Positions 59,874-64,000 of a DNA stretch of 64,000 bases are shown here, piece by piece. Position 1 is the first letter of the stretch, and the number at the start of each line of letters is the position of its first letter. The translations under genes and the position numbers were made by a program. The stretch comes from Alphaproteobacteria bacterium (GTDB lineage Bacteria > Pseudomonadota > Alphaproteobacteria > MPNO01): positions 4,271,977-4,335,976 of the forward strand of contig OZ220750.1 in NCBI GenBank assembly GCA_965117055.1, given 5' to 3'. The notes beneath the pieces are model-generated. The model was not told the DNA's origin. It worked only from the letters and a program-made list of their open reading frames with translations, and did not search any database.

Positions 59874-60974
59874 ATGACCGGCCTCGACCGTAACACGCTC
59901 AGCCTCGGCCTGTTCGGCGCCAATTGCTCCGGCGGGCTCGCCACCTCGACTTTTCCCGACCGTTGGGAAGCGACCTGGGAGAACAACCTCGCGCTCGCCC
60001 GCATGGCGGACGATGCGGGCATGGACTTCATGCTGCCGCTCGGGCGGTGGATCGGTTACGGCGGGGAAACCAACCACAACGGCTCGAACTTCGAGACCCT
60101 GACCTGGGCCGCGGGTATTCTCGCCGCCACCGAGCGCATCATGGCGTTCGGAACCCTGCACGTGACGCTGATCAACCCGGTCTTCGCCGCGAAGCAGATG
60201 GTCACCTGCCACCATATCGGCGGCGGGCGGTTCGGGCTCAACATCGTCTGCGGCTGGTACCAGAAGGAGTTCGACATGCTGGGCGTCGATCTCGGCGCCC
60301 ATGACCGCCGCTACGACCTCGGCCAGGAATGGCTCGACATCGTCAACCGCGTGTGGACCGAGGACGCGCCGTTCGATTTCGACGGCGATTTCTTCACGCT
60401 CAGGTCGACGGTGCTGGAGCCCAAGCCGTTCGACCGGCGCCGTCCGATGCTGGTGAGCGCCGCGATGTCGCCGACCGGGCGGGCCTTCGCGCTCAGAAAT
60501 GCCGACATGCTGTTTACCGTCGTCTGGGATGTCGACGAATTGCCGGCCCAGGCGGCGGAAATCCGCAGCGGGGCGGAGGCGGCGGGGCGCGAAGTCGGCA
60601 TTTTCACCAACGCCTATGTCGTCTGCCGCCCGACGCAGAAGGAGGCCGACGAGTACCACCACCACTACGCCGTCGAGCATCGCGACGCCGAGGCGGTCGA
60701 AACCATGGTCGTGGAGCGCGGCTGGGACCGGCCGGGCATCCCCGAGGAACGCCGGCAACTGTTCCGCCTGCGCGCGGCCGGGGGGAACAGCGGCTTTCCG
60801 ATCGTCGGCGACCCCGACAGCGTCGCCGAGACCATGCGCCGGCTGTCGGACGGCGGGGTGACCGCGCTCGCGCTGGGGTTTCCCAACTATCTCAAGCACT
60901 TCCCCTATTTCCGCGACGAAGTGCTGCCGCGGCTGGAACGGATGGGGCTCAGGGTTCCCGCCGGGCGCGGCTGA
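59874..60974 (+). CDS. LLM-class flavin-dependent oxidoreductase (luciferase-like monooxygenase)
   Basis: 366 aa; TIM-barrel luciferase-like profile (NLALARMADDAGMDFMLPLGRWIG ... VTALALGFPNYL). Confidence 0.8.
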   Translation: MTGLDRNTLSLGLFGANCSGGLATSTFPDRWEATWENNLALARMADDAGMDFMLPLGRWIGYGGETNHNGSNFETLTWAAGILAATERIMAFGTLHVTLINPVFAAKQMVTCHHIGGGRFGLNIVCGWYQKEFDMLGVDLGAHDRRYDLGQEWLDIVNRVWTEDAPFDFDGDFFTLRSTVLEPKPFDRRRPMLVSAAMSPTGRAFALRNADMLFTVVWDVDELPAQAAEIRSGAEAAGREVGIFTNAYVVCRPTQKEADEYHHHYAVEHRDAEAVETMVVERGWDRPGIPEERRQLFRLRAAGGNSGFPIVGDPDSVAETMRRLSDGGVTALALGFPNYLKHFPYFRDEVLPRLERMGLRVPAGRG

Positions 60975-62271
60975 GGGCGACGCCGGCGGCCAACCGGACG
61001 TTGCGGGGCGCCGCCATCCATATGCAGAAGATCGAAACCAGCGCCAGCGCGATGCAGAGCGTGAAAGCGGGCCCATAGCTGCCGGCGCGGTCGAAGATCG
61101 CCCCGGTGATCCACGGGCCGGCGCCGGCGCCCAGATTGCCGCCGACGCTGACGAAGCCGAACACCACCGCGAAGCGCGGCCCGGAATAGATATCGGCCGC
61201 GATGGTGCCGTATAGCGCGCCGAGTCCGTAGCCGAACAGGCCCTGGCAGGCGACGATCGCATAGACCAGCAGCGGCGAAGGCGCGGCCGGGAGGACGAGC
61301 AGCAGGACGTAGCAGAGCGCGAAGCCGCACAGCGCGATCGTCCAGCCCCACTCCCTGCCGATGCGGTCGGACAGCCCGCCGACCCCGATCTGCCCGAAGA
61401 TCCCGCAGAACCCGACCAGGCCGAGGGCGAGCGCGGCGAAATCGGGCGCAAAGCCGACATCCAGCAGATACCTGGTCTGGTGCACCTGAACCGCGTACCA
61501 GGCGAACAGTCCGGTGAAATAGCCGAACGTGACCCACCAGAAACGGGAGGTCCGCAACGCGCGGGCCAGCGTCCAGTCGGTGGCGACCCAGAGCCGGTCC
61601 ACCACCGTGTCGGGCGCGCGGGCGGTCGTCTCGTCCCCGCGCCGGTTGACCCCGTCGGGCTCGAGTCCGACCGAAGCCGGATCCTTTCGCTGGGCAATGA
61701 CGTTGAGAGGCACGATGACCGCGACGAGCAGCACCGCCAGCGACAGGCAGGCATGGCGCCAACCGTCGGTTTCGATGACCCGCTGTATCCACGGCAGGAT
61801 CACGATGGCGCCGACGCCGACGCCGGAGAACGCGATCCCGGTCGCCAGTCCGCGGCGGCGCAGGAACCAGTTGGGCAGAAACATCGAATGACCGGCATAG
61901 CTCATCGAGACGGCGAAGCTCACCGTCATGATGCCGAGGGTGAGATAGAACCCGACCGGCGTCGTCGCCATGGTGGCGCAAACCAGCCCGGCCGCGGTGA
62001 CGGTGGCCCCGACCGGAATGATCAGGCGCGGCCCGAAGCGCGTCATGACGAACCCGAGCGTCGGCACCAGCATGATGGACGCCGCGAATCCGATCGAGAA
62101 CACGGCCGCGGTCACGCCCCGGTCCCAGCCGAACTCGTCGAGAATGGGGGGGAAGAAGAGCGAGAACGAGGTCCGCGCGCTGACCCCGACGGACATCGTG
62201 ACGAACGCGATCCCCACCACCACCCAGCCGTAATAGAACGGCAGCCGGGCGGCGAGCGAACGGCCGTTCAT
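60949..62271 (-). CDS. MFS transporter (oxalate/formate antiporter-like family)
   Basis: 440 aa with 12 TM helices. Confidence 0.8.
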   Translation of the reverse strand: MNGRSLAARLPFYYGWVVVGIAFVTMSVGVSARTSFSLFFPPILDEFGWDRGVTAAVFSIGFAASIMLVPTLGFVMTRFGPRLIIPVGATVTAAGLVCATMATTPVGFYLTLGIMTVSFAVSMSYAGHSMFLPNWFLRRRGLATGIAFSGVGVGAIVILPWIQRVIETDGWRHACLSLAVLLVAVIVPLNVIAQRKDPASVGLEPDGVNRRGDETTARAPDTVVDRLWVATDWTLARALRTSRFWWVTFGYFTGLFAWYAVQVHQTRYLLDVGFAPDFAALALGLVGFCGIFGQIGVGGLSDRIGREWGWTIALCGFALCYVLLLVLPAAPSPLLVYAIVACQGLFGYGLGALYGTIAADIYSGPRFAVVFGFVSVGGNLGAGAGPWITGAIFDRAGSYGPAFTLCIALALVSIFCIWMAAPRNVRLAAGVALSRARREP

Positions 62272-63510
62272 TCAGGCCCCGGCGGGCGCGGGGACCGGGC
62301 TGCCGCCGCGGTTCTCGCGGATAAGGATCGTCAGCGCCGCCGCCGTCAGGGCGAGCGCGAAGGAGACGTACCAGACCCAGTCGTAGCGCGCGAAGAGGTC
62401 GAACAGGTGGCCGCCGAGGAAGGCGCCCGCCGCGGCCCCGAGCGAGTGCGCGGCGAAGATGAGCCCCATGGTGAAACCCATGATGTGCCGCCCCATGTGG
62501 CTCGCGACGAGGCTGGCGACGATCGGGAAGGTGGCGTAGTCGAAGACGCCGAAAAGGACCGCGAACGCGAACAGGAGCGTCGAGTTCCCGGCAATCTGCA
62601 GCAGCACGAGAAAGGTGAGCGCCCGCATGAAGTAGATCGAGGCGAGCAGCGCCGGGCGGTGGAACCGGTCGGAGAGGTGCCCGAACGCGATCATCCCGGC
62701 GAGGCTGAACGCGGACATGACCCCGTAGGCCGTGGCGCTTTCCAGCGGAGGGAAGCCGCAGGCGACGGCGTAGGGGATCAGGTGGATCTTGATCACCCCG
62801 GCGGTGGTGAAGCCGCAGATCGCGAACCCCGCGGCGAGCAGCCAGAAGGTGCCTTGCCGGGAGAGCCCCAGGGTCACGGCGCGGAAGCCCTGGCGCCGGC
62901 CCCGGTTCCGGTCCGGGCGCGCGTCATAGGGCGGCGCCTCGCGGCGTCCGATCAGGAGATTGACCGCGACCGCCGCGGCCACCACGGCCCCGCCGGCGAT
63001 CCACAGGCTCGACCGCCAGCCGAACCATCCGATCAGCACCGCGAGCAGCGGCATCAGCGCGAGCTGTCCCGCGGTGCTGCCCGACGTCGCGACCCCGGTG
63101 GCAAGGCCGAGGCCGCGGTCGAAATACGACGCGACCGTGGTGGAGACCAGCGAGGGGGAGATCGCCGCGAAGCCCAGCCCCCCGACGATGCCGTAGAACG
63201 CCACGAGCTGCCAGAGTTCCGACGCCAGCGCGGTGAGGCCGATGCCGAGCGCGGCAAGGGACATGCCGAGCGCATACACCAGCCGGGGGCCGTGACGGTC
63301 GAGCATCATGCCGGCGATCGGCGCGATCAGCGCCATCGTTGTCAGCATCGTCGCGCTGGCCAGCGAGACGCGGCCATAGCTCCAGCCCAGATCCTTCTCG
63401 AGATAGGGCATCAGGAGCCCGATGGAGTTGCGCGCGGTGATCACGATGCCGAGCATGAGGAACAGCGCGCAGACGACGACCCAGCCCTTGCCGGTCGAGC
63501 GCGTCTCCAT
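62272..63510 (-). CDS. MFS transporter, tandem paralogue of the preceding gene
   Basis: Start METRSTGKGWVVVCALFLMLG (alternative ATG at 63534); 12 TM helices. Confidence 0.8.
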   Translation of the reverse strand: METRSTGKGWVVVCALFLMLGIVITARNSIGLLMPYLEKDLGWSYGRVSLASATMLTTMALIAPIAGMMLDRHGPRLVYALGMSLAALGIGLTALASELWQLVAFYGIVGGLGFAAISPSLVSTTVASYFDRGLGLATGVATSGSTAGQLALMPLLAVLIGWFGWRSSLWIAGGAVVAAAVAVNLLIGRREAPPYDARPDRNRGRRQGFRAVTLGLSRQGTFWLLAAGFAICGFTTAGVIKIHLIPYAVACGFPPLESATAYGVMSAFSLAGMIAFGHLSDRFHRPALLASIYFMRALTFLVLLQIAGNSTLLFAFAVLFGVFDYATFPIVASLVASHMGRHIMGFTMGLIFAAHSLGAAAGAFLGGHLFDLFARYDWVWYVSFALALTAAALTILIRENRGGSPVPAPAGA

Positions 63511-63723
63511 GTCGGATGCTTGTCCTGCGGCCAAGGAACCCCCGTGCCCGGCAACCCCCCGGACGGGCGAGCGGCAATCGAGGGACCCCGTTACTGCCGG
63601 TTATAGGCGGATTCGGCGAAGGGTTGCCAGAGTGGCGGTTGACGCCGTTGTCGCGTATTCCAATTTCCGGTATGAAGTGATACGAAAGTTGGAAATTCCA
63701 ACAATCGACCTGCGAGGCCCGCA

Positions 63724-64000
63724 ATGCCGTTGGTCACCGTGAAACCGAAATTCCAGGTCACCATCCCCGCCAAACTCCGCAAAGGGCTCGACCTCCATGA
63801 GGGCGATCTCATGGAGGCGACCCTCGTCGAAGACGGCATCCTCTTTCGTCCCAAGGAGGTTGTGGACCGTAACGCGGCCGCCGACCGGATTGCGTCCCTT
63901 CTGGCGCGGATCGAACCCTCGCCCGAGGACGCCGGCCGCTCCGAGGACGAGATCTTCGAAGAGATTCTCTCTGACATCGCCGAAGCCCGCAGAACTCGCC
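63724..64000 (+). CDS. AbrB/MazE/SpoVT-family antitoxin-like protein (partial; runs off the window end)
   Basis: MPLVTVKPKFQVTIPAKLRKGLDLHEGDLMEATLVEDGILFRPKEV... is a swapped-hairpin AbrB-type N-terminal domain typical of type II antitoxins. No stop codon occurs before the window end. Confidence 0.6.
   Translation, partial: MPLVTVKPKFQVTIPAKLRKGLDLHEGDLMEATLVEDGILFRPKEVVDRNAAADRIASLLARIEPSPEDAGRSEDEIFEEILSDIAEARRTR

Noticed and set aside
59769-61754. N-terminal 660 aa of the 1130-aa minus-strand ORF containing thrC
   Set aside because: It is upstream read-through antisense to the LLM oxidoreductase and MFS genes. The conserved ThrC N-terminus and a GTG+SD define the real start at 59768.

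Overview
High-GC (~67%) alphaproteobacterial chromosomal window, gene content consistent with Rhodospirillales. Positions 1-23300 are the conserved translation/transcription superoperon on the minus strand. It runs S10-spc ribosomal genes (rpsH partial through rpsJ), tuf copy 1, fusA-rpsG-rpsL, rpoC-rpoB, rplL-rplJ-rplA-rplK and nusG-secE to tRNA-Trp. A second, effectively identical tuf copy follows, with tRNA-Gly and tRNA-Tyr upstream. The rest is more accessory in character. It holds a convergent SpoU-family rRNA methyltransferase and a three-gene minus-strand operon encoding an AtzD/barbiturase-family ring-opening amidohydrolase, an FdrA-like protein and a DUF1116 (YlbE-like) protein. That operon ends at a tRNA-Thr that carries a ~1.8 kb degenerate island bounded by a direct repeat of the tRNA 3' half, containing a frameshifted Abi_2-family gene and no integrase. 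Downstream come an acyl-CoA ligase, a Liv-type ABC transporter and a PaaK-like ligase, then an MFS transporter. A TRAP transporter (dctPQM) is bracketed by two inverted copies of a GC-rich double-hairpin repeat. Next is a gcvT-gcvH-gcvPA-gcvPB operon behind a tandem glycine riboswitch, extended by a translationally coupled HIBADH-family dehydrogenase. The remainder is housekeeping: ispH, thrB, rnhA, a peroxiredoxin, dsbD, yqgE, an M16 peptidase and thrC. It ends with an LLM-class flavin oxidoreductase with two tandem MFS transporters and a partial AbrB-type antitoxin at the window edge. The most novel-looking system is the AtzD-family hydrolase + FdrA + DUF1116 operon. I interpret it as a candidate ring-opening plus phosphorolytic carbamoyl-transfer catabolic module. 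All calls rest on reading the translations and recalled family signatures; no database search was run.
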